From: Gammaproteobacteria bacterium
GTDB taxonomy: Bacteria; Pseudomonadota; Gammaproteobacteria; Eutrophobiales; Eutrophobiaceae
DNA length: 64,000 bases
Assembly: GCA_965222155.1 (NCBI GenBank)
Contig: CBDCTH010000012.1
Span: forward strand, 3,445,456-3,509,455
Direction: 5' to 3'
Shown here: positions 10,549 through 20,229 of the stretch, piece after piece
Position numbering within the stretch: the first letter of the stretch is position 1
How the letters are laid out: every line of letters begins with the position of its first letter
Translations under genes and position numbers: made by a program
Notes under the pieces: model-generated
Seen by the model: only the letters and a program-made list of their open reading frames with translations
The model's database searches: none
Told to the model about the DNA's origin: nothing

Positions 10549-13509
10549 TTGCAACATGAGGCAGGGAATAAATCTTATACAGGCTATTTTTCTCATACGG
10601 TAAATAAATTGAACTGTAAGAATATATTACTGCCGGTCGTGTATTTCTTATGTGTGGCTTTACTGGCTAGCCTTGTTTACGGATTGGCTGTTAGGAATAA
10701 TTACAAAGAAAATGTTTACGAACACGCAAATCTTGAGTTCAAGACCAGCGATGTGATTGAACGAAACCGCTATGCCGCTCGTGAAGATAATGGTAAGTTC
10801 TTGTTTGTGGCAGGTGCTCCCGATACGGCAGGAGCTAAACTGTTTTTTCGTAGAACCGCTGACATCAGATTTAAGGTAAGATCCCTCTATCAGGGACCAT
10901 CATGTACAGAAATTGGAAAGAATAAGTCCACTCTTGCCGTCGACACCCCCGTTAACTGGATTCGAATACTCCTCGACAAGCCAGACATTGAGTTTACGAT
11001 TACAGTTGTAGCAGGAGATGTCCTGTTTGTGAGGGTAAACAACCCTGACCAACAGCAGTGCGGCCAAGCTATGATTCGCTTACTCCAAATCAGTAACTCC
11101 CCATCGCAGCATTTTATTTTCGGCTATTTATTAGTCTGGATGGCAATGGCTCTATTGCTTGCGCATTTTCACCTGGGATACTTGGGGCTTTGGGGCGCGG
11201 CTATTCATACTTTTTATATTTACAGCGAAGCACTATACCAGCAAAAATTGGGTCTTGAACTTGGCCCAGCCTGCCTGGTGAGTTTGGCAGGAATTGGCGT
11301 CATCCTTCTACCGTTGATATCGCATTATACTCGACTTTTTGCACTACCACTTTTCATTGTCGTCACCATCGCGTTGGTCAGCTTCCCTCTAATAAATATA
11401 GGAAATTTCTGGTTAACTGGAAATGTTCTTGATACCGATGCAATTCACGCAATTTTCCAGACAAATCAATCAGAACTCCTACAGTATCTTGATGACAACT
11501 ACTCGGTTGTTAGGCTAATTGTTGTTTTCGGTTCCATCGCTATTTGTTTGGGATTGCTTGCTTGGAAACTGATAACAGCCGTTGCTGCCCCCTCCCTAGC
11601 TGGACTGGGAGTTCTATTCCTGTCTCTGGCTGTTTTATTTTCAGGCCAGATTTCCGATAGCCTGCTTACATTCAGTGTCTGGAGAGATGCCTCAATCAGA
11701 TACTACCAGGAACTCAGGGCTTTTCACGACCTCGCTGCAAAAAGAGAGGCAATGAGTGCAAGTTACGAGTTACAACGCTCACGTGGGGACCGGGTGACTG
11801 TCCTAGTGATTGGAGAATCCCATAACAAACGTCATATGTCCCTGTATGGATATCCACGCGATACAACACCGAAACTGGCGCAGAGGAACAAAGATGAGAA
11901 CCTTATTGTATTTGAAAACGTCTATTCCAACCATACCCATACAAATCCTTCTCTTTCCCTCTCTCTGACCGAAGCGAACCAGTACAAGAAGAAAAGCTGG
12001 ATTACTATGCCCTCATTAGTTACCGTTGCGCGTCAAGCGGGTATAAAGACTTACTGGATTAGCAATCAGCAAATGCTAGGTATTTGGGATAACGCTATAG
12101 CATTACTGGCCAAAGAATCTGTGAACGTCGTTAACATCAACAAGAAAATTGGCAAATCGAAGTCTTCGGACAAACAGGATGAGGTCTTGATCCCATACCT
12201 CAAAACTGCGCTGCAGGATACAGGCGAAAAACTAATAGTCGTTCATTTAAGCGGTAGCCATGGCAGTTACTGTTCACGTTTTCCCGCTGCTTGGAATGCT
12301 TTTACGGGGGAACTAGAAGTATCCGTATTTGGAAGTGCTTATACAACGACTAACATTAAGAATATAAATTGCTACGATAACAGTATTCACTACAATGATC
12401 ATGTACTAGACTTGGTGTTCACTAGCCTGGAAGAATCCGAGATTCCAGCATCAGCGTTATATTTTGCAGATCATTCCGAGGATGTATTCAATGGAAAGGG
12501 CCACAATTCTTCACGCTTTGATTTCAACATGACTGAGATTCCAATGGTTTTTACGGCCTCGAACTTATGGAAGCAGGAATTTTCTGGACATTGGAATCAA
12601 TTACTTAAAAACAGAAAGAAAATATTTACTAATGATCTGGTTTTCGAAACTGTACTTGGGTTGATGGGACTTAAAAGTAATGACATTAAAACAGAACATG
12701 ATCTAGGGCATGAGGATTTCGAAGATATTGGGGCACGTAAAACCCTACATGGACGTGTAAGTCTAAAGGACAATGATAATTATTACCTGTGGCAGCGAAT
12801 AAATGCTGACTTGGTTAAGAGTAACAATTTTGGAAGCCGCCTATTGCCCCATCGGGTCAATACTTTAGGGAAAATGTCTGAGATTACAAAAGCTGGACTC
12901 CGCTCATTTGAGATGGATGTTGTATTCCGTTCGGAAGGTGGGTTTCTTGAAGTTGGTCATCACTCTGGAGTGATGACCAGTATGACATTGGAAAACTTCC
13001 TCGAAAAAATCCCGAGAGACTTTGAAAAAATCTGGCTGGATATCAAGAATGCCACTAAACCCACGATTCCATTAATTGATAACCGACTGATTGAACTTGA
13101 TAAAAAGTTTGAATTGAAAAGTAGGAGCATTATTGAAACCAGTAATGAATCAGCATCTGTTTCGTTATTGTCTGATAGTGGATTTCACGTGTCTTTCTAT
13201 CTGCCCATCAAGGAAACCCTAGACATTATGGGTAAAGACGACAAGGCTAAGGAAATTTTTGCCAAAAAACTCGCAGAGATTGTTAAAAGACAAGATGCCA
13301 GTGCGGTTTCATTTGATCTGCGGTTGTACAAATTTGTCAAGGACTACCTTGAGTCAGAACTGCGCCCAGAAATCGTTTACCATACTTGGTCTCCTGGCAA
13401 CTCATTCAGGAACCCGAATTTGTTAAAGGAGATGGAGGCACAGGATTATTTTCTCGACCCAAGGGTTGAGACAATTCTACTACCTTTTATTTCACAATTT
13501 TCCCTCTAA
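10549..13509 (+). CDS. Phosphoethanolamine-transferase/sulfatase-family membrane protein with extra C-terminal phosphodiesterase-like domain
   Basis: TM region, then VLVIGES, MSLYGYPRDTTP, HLSGSH, YDNSIHYND, YFADHSE; C-terminal PHRVN...FEMDV...VGH. Confidence 0.8.
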   Translation: MQHEAGNKSYTGYFSHTVNKLNCKNILLPVVYFLCVALLASLVYGLAVRNNYKENVYEHANLEFKTSDVIERNRYAAREDNGKFLFVAGAPDTAGAKLFFRRTADIRFKVRSLYQGPSCTEIGKNKSTLAVDTPVNWIRILLDKPDIEFTITVVAGDVLFVRVNNPDQQQCGQAMIRLLQISNSPSQHFIFGYLLVWMAMALLLAHFHLGYLGLWGAAIHTFYIYSEALYQQKLGLELGPACLVSLAGIGVILLPLISHYTRLFALPLFIVVTIALVSFPLINIGNFWLTGNVLDTDAIHAIFQTNQSELLQYLDDNYSVVRLIVVFGSIAICLGLLAWKLITAVAAPSLAGLGVLFLSLAVLFSGQISDSLLTFSVWRDASIRYYQELRAFHDLAAKREAMSASYELQRSRGDRVTVLVIGESHNKRHMSLYGYPRDTTPKLAQRNKDENLIVFENVYSNHTHTNPSLSLSLTEANQYKKKSWITMPSLVTVARQAGIKTYWISNQQMLGIWDNAIALLAKESVNVVNINKKIGKSKSSDKQDEVLIPYLKTALQDTGEKLIVVHLSGSHGSYCSRFPAAWNAFTGELEVSVFGSAYTTTNIKNINCYDNSIHYNDHVLDLVFTSLEESEIPASALYFADHSEDVFNGKGHNSSRFDFNMTEIPMVFTASNLWKQEFSGHWNQLLKNRKKIFTNDLVFETVLGLMGLKSNDIKTEHDLGHEDFEDIGARKTLHGRVSLKDNDNYYLWQRINADLVKSNNFGSRLLPHRVNTLGKMSEITKAGLRSFEMDVVFRSEGGFLEVGHHSGVMTSMTLENFLEKIPRDFEKIWLDIKNATKPTIPLIDNRLIELDKKFELKSRSIIETSNESASVSLLSDSGFHVSFYLPIKETLDIMGKDDKAKEIFAKKLAEIVKRQDASAVSFDLRLYKFVKDYLESELRPEIVYHTWSPGNSFRNPNLLKEMEAQDYFLDPRVETILLPFISQFSL

Positions 13510-13521
13510 CTGATTCTTTGA

Positions 13522-14292
13522 ATGGCCATTCTCATAATGGACAAAGTATCTGTTGTCATCCCAAGCTATAACTCTTCATCCTACATATTGAATGCTATCC
13601 AGTCTGTATTGAACCAGACTTATGACAACCTTGAGGTGATAGTTGCAGACGATGCTTCGACTGACGACACCCGTGAAGTGGTACAAAATATTGGAGATCC
13701 GCGCGTAAAGCTAATAGAACGCAGAGTGAATGGTGGAGCTGCTGCAGCAAGAAATTCAGCCATTCGTTCTGCAACAGGCCGATATATAGCTTTTCTCGAT
13801 TCTGATGACTATTGGTTACCGAATAAATTGTCAGTACAAATAGACAAAATGCAGGAGGAAGCGGCAAGCTTCTCATGTACAAGTTTTATTATTAAATCGA
13901 AAAAACGCCAGGTCTTGATCGATATACCAGAGAAAATAGATTATAAACGCCTGTTAAGGGGAAATATAATCAACACTTCAACGGTGGTATATGATACTGC
14001 TGCGCTTGGTAAAATTTATATGCCCGCCCTACCTGTAGTGGAAGATTTCGCGACTTGGTTAAATATATTAAAGCAGTGCAATTCGGGGCTGGGGATACCT
14101 CAATATTTGGCTTATTACATAAAGCGGGACAATTCACTTTCTTCTCGATTCGTGCGTACTAAGTGGTTCACTTATAGAGCATATAGAGAGACACAGGGCT
14201 TATCTCATGTCATGTCAGTTTATTATTTGTTGGGTATTTTACTGCGCGGGTTATGGAAACGTTTACGGCGAGTTTATCTGCCGCAGTCGTAG
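13522..14292 (+). CDS. GT2 glycosyltransferase (TuaG-like)
   Basis: VSVVIPSYN, DDASTD, AARN, AFLDSDD, EDFATW; paralog of 44337..45089. Confidence 0.88.
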   Translation: MAILIMDKVSVVIPSYNSSSYILNAIQSVLNQTYDNLEVIVADDASTDDTREVVQNIGDPRVKLIERRVNGGAAAARNSAIRSATGRYIAFLDSDDYWLPNKLSVQIDKMQEEAASFSCTSFIIKSKKRQVLIDIPEKIDYKRLLRGNIINTSTVVYDTAALGKIYMPALPVVEDFATWLNILKQCNSGLGIPQYLAYYIKRDNSLSSRFVRTKWFTYRAYRETQGLSHVMSVYYLLGILLRGLWKRLRRVYLPQS

Positions 14293-14347
14293 ATTATTGG
14301 TGAGATTATCATAATATCCCGGCCGTACCATTACTGCGAAAGGTTAT

Positions 14348-14370
14348 CCCTGTATGGCGTTGAGCAGGGG
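14348..14370. repeat. Half-copy of CCCCTGCTCAAC REP-like element
   Basis: CCCTGTATGGCGTTGAGCAGGGG also occurs at ~5404..5426. Confidence 0.6.
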
Positions 14371-14381
14371 CGGGGATCCAG

Positions 14382-14517
14382 TCAATCATCGACCCAAGTG
14401 TGATCTGCCTCATAACCGAGGTCTATCAGTGCCTGCCCGGCATAATGGTCAAATATCTCCCGTGCCTCCCGCGTGAAGTGATTCTTCCAGTCCCCGACGA
14501 TGCCTTTGCGGACAAAG
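14382..14517 (-). pseudogene. Sulfotransferase 3' fragment
   Basis: Minus strand encodes FVRKGIVGDWKNHFTREAREIFDHYAGQALIDLGYEADHTWVDD*; cut 5 bp from repeat copy R1. Confidence 0.8.
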
Positions 14518-14522
14518 TCGTA

Positions 14523-14685
14523 CATCCAGGGTCAGACCAGCATAAAAAGTATAACTGTTTGATTTTAATTGATAATCCGTCTGTACATGACCTTTTCAAA
14601 TCGTTAGAACACGCGTTTTATTACGAAAAAAGACATTGTAAGAAATGTCACTTGCTTAACATGATATTTTCCGCCGTGAAAACCC
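14523..14685 (+). repeat. 245-bp junction element copy R1 (3' truncated)
   Basis: CATCCAGGGTCAGACC...GTGAAAACCC. Confidence 0.95.
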
Positions 14686-14865
14686 AGTACTTGTTTGAAC
14701 CAGAAAGGACATTTATACTCCACATATACACGCGTCAAACGCGATCTGCAATGGCCACAAGCTCAGACTGTAAGCGAAAGATAGGAATCATGGTATGCTT
14801 GGACTATTATGCCCTGGAAGACAAGAGGGACAAGCACCCGACCGAGAAATGTTGGAGAATTGGTG

Positions 14866-15288
14866 ATGGATGAGAAAGATAGCGCAGTCAATCAGAAGGC
14901 AGAGAGCACAAATAGAGTCTTTGCAGAATTCTTTAATAAAATTACTGATCGGTTTGTGCCAGCTACCTCCGAAGACGACAATGCCTCTTCATGGATAAGG
15001 TATGGTGTAACACCTCTGGGATTGTTTGTTTGGTGTGCCTACGCGTATTTATACGTGATTAATGATGAAATTGCCCGCGTAACAGAGAATCAAAATGATA
15101 TGCTATTTAAAGAACTTCCACCTGACTGGGCAGGATCAACCTCAGTAGTTCTTTGGAGTATGGCCATCATGCTGTGGTTTTTGATAGGTAAGAGCTTTAA
15201 ACGTGGGCAAGCACTGACTTTCTTTTTCTACGGTCTGATTTTCCCCACGTTAGCCTTGCAAATTCTGAGGTTCGCATTCCCATCGTAA
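14866..15288 (+). CDS. Hypothetical membrane protein (about 3 TM)
   Basis: Hydrophobic segments; co-oriented with the next ORF 15 bp away. Confidence 0.5.
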   Translation: MDEKDSAVNQKAESTNRVFAEFFNKITDRFVPATSEDDNASSWIRYGVTPLGLFVWCAYAYLYVINDEIARVTENQNDMLFKELPPDWAGSTSVVLWSMAIMLWFLIGKSFKRGQALTFFFYGLIFPTLALQILRFAFPS

Positions 15289-15303
15289 TGAGGCTCCGGA
15301 CAA

Positions 15304-15921
15304 ATGAATATATGGGCAACACAGGTATTAGTATTAATGATGGTCCTAGGTTGGACAGCACAAGTCGTCTCCCAAGGCAAACGCGATAATGCAATAGATA
15401 CGGAATACAGTGCCCAACTCGCCAACGCCAAACCGAACGATGTTGATCGTGCGACGCTTCCCAGAAAACTGCTTTGGGCGGGAATCTCATTGATCAATCC
15501 TGACGAGCGATACAAGCTTGTCCCTCTGTTCGGTTATTCCATTTCCAATTTGGATGAAAAATGGTCAGAAGAACATTTGGGCAATGTGCTGGCTAAGGTA
15601 GAGGCGGGCAGTGTCCGTCTTGCCATACTGAAACTAGATGCAGTTGCATCAGATTCTGGGAACACTTATAAAGGGCAGGGCATCCAAGTCAGCAGTAAAA
15701 AAAACAGTAATTTCCCAGTATATACTCAGGCACAGGTGTCCAATTTCCTGAAGGCTAATAGCATAGATATAAGTTATAAAGACATGATCGCATTCAGCCA
15801 ACCCCTTAGCGATGTGGATTTCAAGGAAGAATTCATTGCCAATTCAACTCTCTGGGCCAACGATAGCAGTGTGCGTCTACCTGACAAGGATACGGCTTCT
15901 ACATCATTAGTAAAAAAATAA
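15304..15921 (+). CDS. Hypothetical secreted protein
   Basis: N-terminal signal-like hydrophobic stretch; 205-aa ORF. Confidence 0.5.
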   Translation: MNIWATQVLVLMMVLGWTAQVVSQGKRDNAIDTEYSAQLANAKPNDVDRATLPRKLLWAGISLINPDERYKLVPLFGYSISNLDEKWSEEHLGNVLAKVEAGSVRLAILKLDAVASDSGNTYKGQGIQVSSKKNSNFPVYTQAQVSNFLKANSIDISYKDMIAFSQPLSDVDFKEEFIANSTLWANDSSVRLPDKDTASTSLVKK

Positions 15922-16081
15922 GAAGATACCTGTTAGGCGGATTCAAGTCATAAGTGCAACAAGTGGTTTGGTATTGTTCTGAACCAGCTCAGCGAATACC
16001 TCCCACGGGGTCTTAAACCCCAAACTTATACGCAAAATTAATGTCTTTTGCTATCAGATACAAAAGTATGCGTTTGCCCTG

Positions 16082-16180
16082 CTTTACCGGCCCGAATCCC
16101 GGAACGTTCTGCACCATGGCGTACTTTATGGTATTATCAAGTTTGCGCCGCGAACGCGTGTTTCTTCGTTCAAATGTCAT
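16082..16180 (-). pseudogene. Sulfotransferase 5' fragment
   Basis: MTFERRNTRSRRKLDNTIKYAMVQNVPGFGPVK aligns with RRLNILIKRAMVHNIPGFGPPK of 59925..60737. Confidence 0.7.
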
Positions 16181-16268
16181 TTATTAGTAGTGGGCAGGGA
16201 GCAGTTATGTGTAAGTGTGTTAGTCAAACCAGGATGACCTGTAATTATAAGCAAAGGAGTTCAACACA

Positions 16269-16586
16269 ATGCAACTACTCATAGAATCTATGGCAATTAT
16301 CATACCCTTGACCGCGATCATGGTGACGCTGTTTTCCTGGTTGCGTCAGGACATCAGGGCACAAGGTGATCGTCTCGATAGACGCATCGACGAACAGGGC
16401 AAGGAGATCAGGACGCAAGGTGATCGTCTTAATGAACGCGTCGACGAACAGGGCAAGGATGTCAAGATTCTGATCGCTGACATATCCGCCCTGAAAGCCA
16501 CGCTGGAAACTTTCTTCCGACTGCGCGTGGACCCGCCCCAGCCACCGGACAATACTAACCCTGATCAGGTCAGCAAGGTCGCATGA
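16269..16586 (+). CDS. Small TM plus coiled-coil repeat protein
   Basis: AAGGAG RBS; N-terminal TM; two 18-aa (54-bp) repeats IRAQGDRLDRRIDEQGKE / IRTQGDRLNERVDEQGKD. Confidence 0.65.
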   Translation: MQLLIESMAIIIPLTAIMVTLFSWLRQDIRAQGDRLDRRIDEQGKEIRTQGDRLNERVDEQGKDVKILIADISALKATLETFFRLRVDPPQPPDNTNPDQVSKVA

Positions 16587-16685
16587 ACGACATTCCCGTC
16601 GTACAGCACCACTATAAGGTATCTAAGTCCGATGCCTCTGTCGCACTCATACGTGTACTGAGTAGCGGTCTGGTTACGCCGCTGA

Positions 16686-16770
16686 ACCGGAATCGGTGTT
16701 CACCTTCAACCGGAATCAGTGTTCATCTTCACCGGAATACGCAGTCCTGGCGGTAGAAGTCGCTCAGGCG
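16686..16770. mobile_element. IS21-type terminal remnant fused to 27 bp of the mtfA-like 3' end
   Basis: Reiterated CCGGAATC..TGTTCA.CTTCA motifs ending GGAATACGCA; the same junction occurs at 58834..58897. Confidence 0.7.
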
Positions 16771-16854
16771 CATCCAGGGTCAGACCAGCATAAAAAGTAT
16801 AACTGTTTGATTTTAATTGATAATCCGTCTGTACATGACCTTTTCCAATCGTTA
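16771..16854 (+). repeat. Junction element copy R2 (5' 84 bp only)
   Basis: Sequence identity to other copies. Confidence 0.95.
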
Positions 16855-16863
16855 ATGGCAGTG

Positions 16864-17106
16864 CATCCAGGGTCAGACCAGTATAAAAACTATAACTGTT
16901 TGATTTTAATTGATAATCCGTCTATACATGACCTTTTCCAATCGTTAGAACACGCGTTTTATTACGAAAAAAGACATTGTAAGAAATGTCACTTGCTTAA
17001 CATGATATTTTCCGCCGTGAAAACCCTGTTCTAATCCTTAAAACGGCGCGCTATTGAGAATTTTATCCTCTATAATCATAGAGTTATATTGGTCCGACCC
17101 CCTCGT
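16864..17106 (+). repeat. Junction element copy R3 (full)
   Basis: CATCCAGGGTCAGACC...GGTCCGACCCCCTCGT. Confidence 0.95.
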
Positions 17107-17306
17107 GTCGTCGTATCACTGCAGCCTGCAAGTTGTACACTGGGCGACTATATCAGGCACTCAAGAGTTTCCGCACCGGTGTGGTCATCGCACCTGCGGT
17201 CTGATGTGATTTAACATAGATAATTGCACGTTACGTGAGAATTTGCGAAAAATTTACGAATAATGCTATAATTGTGTCATCTAAATGCCCCAAAAGGAAT
17301 AAGCCA

Positions 17307-18578
17307 ATGCTGTTACGTTTTGCTGTAGCAAATCACCTTTCCATTCGCGAGAGTCAGGAATTGTCCTTCGCTGCATCTTCGTTGAGAGACCGAGGCGATG
17401 GGCTAATTGACTGCAAAGCGGTGCAGAGCGGGTCAGTTTTGCCCGCGATAGTGATCTATGGCGCCAATGCATCAGGCAAATCCAATATCGTGAATGCAAT
17501 AGCCGCCATGATGAAAATGGTATTGAGGTCGCATACCCAGGGTGAACCCGGTGGTGGCGTACCACGCCATGCATTTAAGCTTGATTCAACTTGTTCGCAA
17601 ACCCCGTCCAGATTCGAAATCGACTTCGTCATCGATGACGTAAGATACCATTATGGATTTGAAACAACGGATGAAGTTTTTGCTGCGGAGTGGCTGTACA
17701 CTTTTCCCAAATCACATCGCAGAAAGATGTTCGAGCGCGACAACAGCGAATTTGAATTTGGACGCTGGTTGAGAGGGCAGAACAATAATATTGCTGGATT
17801 GACTAGACCCAATAGCCTATTTTTATCAGCTGCCGCACAGAATGGTCATGAGCAGTTATCAAAAATATACGAATATTTTAGGTCAATTAAGTTTGCTAGT
17901 ACGATTTCAATACCAGGTATAGAGGCTTCAGCGCGATTTGTAGGAGATGACCCAGATTCACGGGTGATCGATTTCTTAGCATCGATCAATACTGGGGTTA
18001 TTGGTTACCAAAAAAGGACAGATGAAATTTCGGAAAAAGATCGAGCAATACGTCGAGAGCTAATCGCTATAGTTGAAAAGTTTTCAGATGGTCCTATAAA
18101 ATTTGAACCCGACGAGGATGATAAGCATGTTGCTATTGAACTGGCTCATCGTGGTCGGCAGGGAGAGTCGGTTTATCTTGACTTAGATTCGGAAAGCGCT
18201 GGTACACGGCGGTTATTGATAGTGCTTGGCCTGGTATACCAAGCATTGGATAAGGGTGTCCCGCTATGCGTAGACGAAGTGGATGCCAGTCTGCATACCC
18301 ATGCCAGTGAAGCGATATTGAAGTTATTCTGCCTACCAGAGATAAATCAAAGCGGTGCGCAGCTTATTGCTACAACTCACGATACTAACTTAATGAAATC
18401 GTCAGTATTGAGACGCGATCAACTTTGGTTTACTGAAAAGACCTCGGAGGGAGCTACGGAGCTTTATCCGCTAACGGATATTCGAACGCGCAAGGGCGAC
18501 AATATTGAATTAGGGTATTTGCAAGGCCGATTTGGAGCGCTTCCAAGTGACGACATAACATTGCCAATTCGTGAGTAG
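17307..18578 (+). CDS. RloA-like AAA_21 ATPase
   Basis: IYGANASGKSN, ESAGT, VDEVDASLH, QLIATTHD, LRRDQLWF, YLQGRFGALP motifs. Confidence 0.85.
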   Translation: MLLRFAVANHLSIRESQELSFAASSLRDRGDGLIDCKAVQSGSVLPAIVIYGANASGKSNIVNAIAAMMKMVLRSHTQGEPGGGVPRHAFKLDSTCSQTPSRFEIDFVIDDVRYHYGFETTDEVFAAEWLYTFPKSHRRKMFERDNSEFEFGRWLRGQNNNIAGLTRPNSLFLSAAAQNGHEQLSKIYEYFRSIKFASTISIPGIEASARFVGDDPDSRVIDFLASINTGVIGYQKRTDEISEKDRAIRRELIAIVEKFSDGPIKFEPDEDDKHVAIELAHRGRQGESVYLDLDSESAGTRRLLIVLGLVYQALDKGVPLCVDEVDASLHTHASEAILKLFCLPEINQSGAQLIATTHDTNLMKSSVLRRDQLWFTEKTSEGATELYPLTDIRTRKGDNIELGYLQGRFGALPSDDITLPIRE

Positions 18579-18584
18579 AATTGA

Positions 18585-18666
18585 ATGGCGAGGCTCAAGA
18601 TACCGCCAATCCGACGGCGAAAATCGCGTAAAGAACCGAAACAACATTTTGTCCTGTTTTGCGATC
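18585..18666 (+). pseudogene. RloB-like gene, only the first ~27 codons
   Basis: MARLKIPPIRRRKSRKEPKQHFVLFC resembles RloB N-termini; directly follows the ATPase and is cut by R4. Confidence 0.65.
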
Positions 18667-18672
18667 ATCCAG

Positions 18673-18918
18673 CATCCAGGGTCAGACCAGCATAAAAAGT
18701 ATAACTGTTTGATTTTAATTGATAATCCGTCTGTACATGACCTTTTCCAATCGTTAGAACACGCGTTTTATTACGAAAAAAGACATTGTAAGAAATGTCA
18801 CTTGCTTAACATGATATTTTCCGTCGTGAAAACCCTGTTCTAATCCTTAAAACAGCGCGCTATTGAGAATTTTATCCTCTATAATCATAGAGTTATATTG
18901 GTCCGACCCACTCGTATG
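18673..18918 (+). repeat. Junction element copy R4 (full)
   Basis: Sequence identity; preceded by an extra CATCCAG. Confidence 0.95.
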
Positions 18919-18921
18919 TAC

Positions 18922-19238
18922 TCATCACGCGGCGTCTCCAGCTCAAACTGGCTCTCCCCGGTGGTCAGTGTCTTGCTGCTATAGCCGTTGCGGCGGTTGG
19001 CATTCTCCGATGGCGCATGCCGGGCGTAGCCCAGGTGGTCCGCCAGCTCAGCATTCAGCGCCGCTTCCACGGTGACCTTGGTCAGCATCTGGCTGAACTC
19101 GTTCAGGTCTTGCTCGGTTTTCAGGCCCTTCGCCACCTCACGGGCAAAGGCTTGCAGGTCTTTCTTGTTCATAGTACCTATCCTCACCCATAGTGATGGT
19201 TAATGATAGGCGGTTTACACAGTTTTTGTTACAGTCCC
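18922..19238 (-). mobile_element. IS256-family left end and transposase 5' fragment
   Basis: End GGGACTGTAACAAAAACTGTGTAAA; EAALNAELADHLGY, NRRNGYSSKTL, LETPRD motifs; cut at R4. Confidence 0.85.
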
Positions 19239-19311
19239 AGATAAAGTAGCGCGGCTGCTCGACGACTTATCTTTATTCGTTGTATTCCGCATTTTTTGAA
19301 ACCACTGGTAA

Positions 19312-20229
19312 TCAATCCTGAATATCAAACGTGGTTGATAAGGCGCATGACATCGGTCTGCGCTTTTGGTCCATCAGGATTCTTAAGCTTTCGAAATTTG
19401 GAGAGTCATCTATCAACCCCTCCTTACATTCCAACATAAGGTCGGTGACAAAGTTCTCTAATCGCCAGCCACAGGTAAACTCTTCTCCAGACAACTTGCT
19501 TGGCACTCCATTTTTAATATCTTTGTAGGATGGGACGTAACCCGAGGTTTTTGAGTGAAGTGCATCATCTAGCTGTTTTTTTGGAAGCACTCGGCAACCG
19601 ATTATGTTTTCGCCTATATTTGGAACACTTGTCATTGGCATCCTGACTGCATGGGGAATATCTACGGGGTTATAGAATAGGTAATACATCTTTGTTTCCC
19701 AGCGGCGCTCAAAATGCCCCATAGTTTCTTGTTGTTCACTCTGTTTTTTCAATGCTTGATATTTTGACGTCTCTTCGAATACCAATAACTTATCTGCTAT
19801 CAAATCTGAATGTTCTTCATCCGTTACTAGCAATCTACCTAGGCCGAATCGTCTGACGTACTTGCTCTCTTCAGTATATTTCAAGCTGTTTGCATAAAGC
19901 TTCTTCGACTGTAGCAGCGCTATTTTACTTTTTACCACCTTACCTCGATGACGAAATACCATCATTAAACCAATATCTGCTACCTCCCAAGTTCCAAAGT
20001 GCCTTCCTCCTCCAATGAAGTGGGCATCAATTCGTACGATCCAATTTGAAGTTAATGTTACTGGTGTTTGGTTCCTCGAAAAGTAAGAAATAAAATTCAT
20101 ATCCAGAGACTCTTCATGAATTGCAGGAAACCTGGATAAATCGACCGCTACTTGCCTATTACAACTAGCGAAGTGGGATCTCAAAAAATCACTTACGTCG
20201 TGTGGTATATCAATATGAGTAATGCTCAT
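19312..20229 (-). CDS. Putative PD-(D/E)XK-fold nuclease-like protein
   Basis: EESLD...EVADIG...ALLQSKKL pattern resembles D...(Q/E)xK nuclease motifs; AT-rich. Confidence 0.5.
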   Translation of the reverse strand: MSITHIDIPHDVSDFLRSHFASCNRQVAVDLSRFPAIHEESLDMNFISYFSRNQTPVTLTSNWIVRIDAHFIGGGRHFGTWEVADIGLMMVFRHRGKVVKSKIALLQSKKLYANSLKYTEESKYVRRFGLGRLLVTDEEHSDLIADKLLVFEETSKYQALKKQSEQQETMGHFERRWETKMYYLFYNPVDIPHAVRMPMTSVPNIGENIIGCRVLPKKQLDDALHSKTSGYVPSYKDIKNGVPSKLSGEEFTCGWRLENFVTDLMLECKEGLIDDSPNFESLRILMDQKRRPMSCALSTTFDIQD

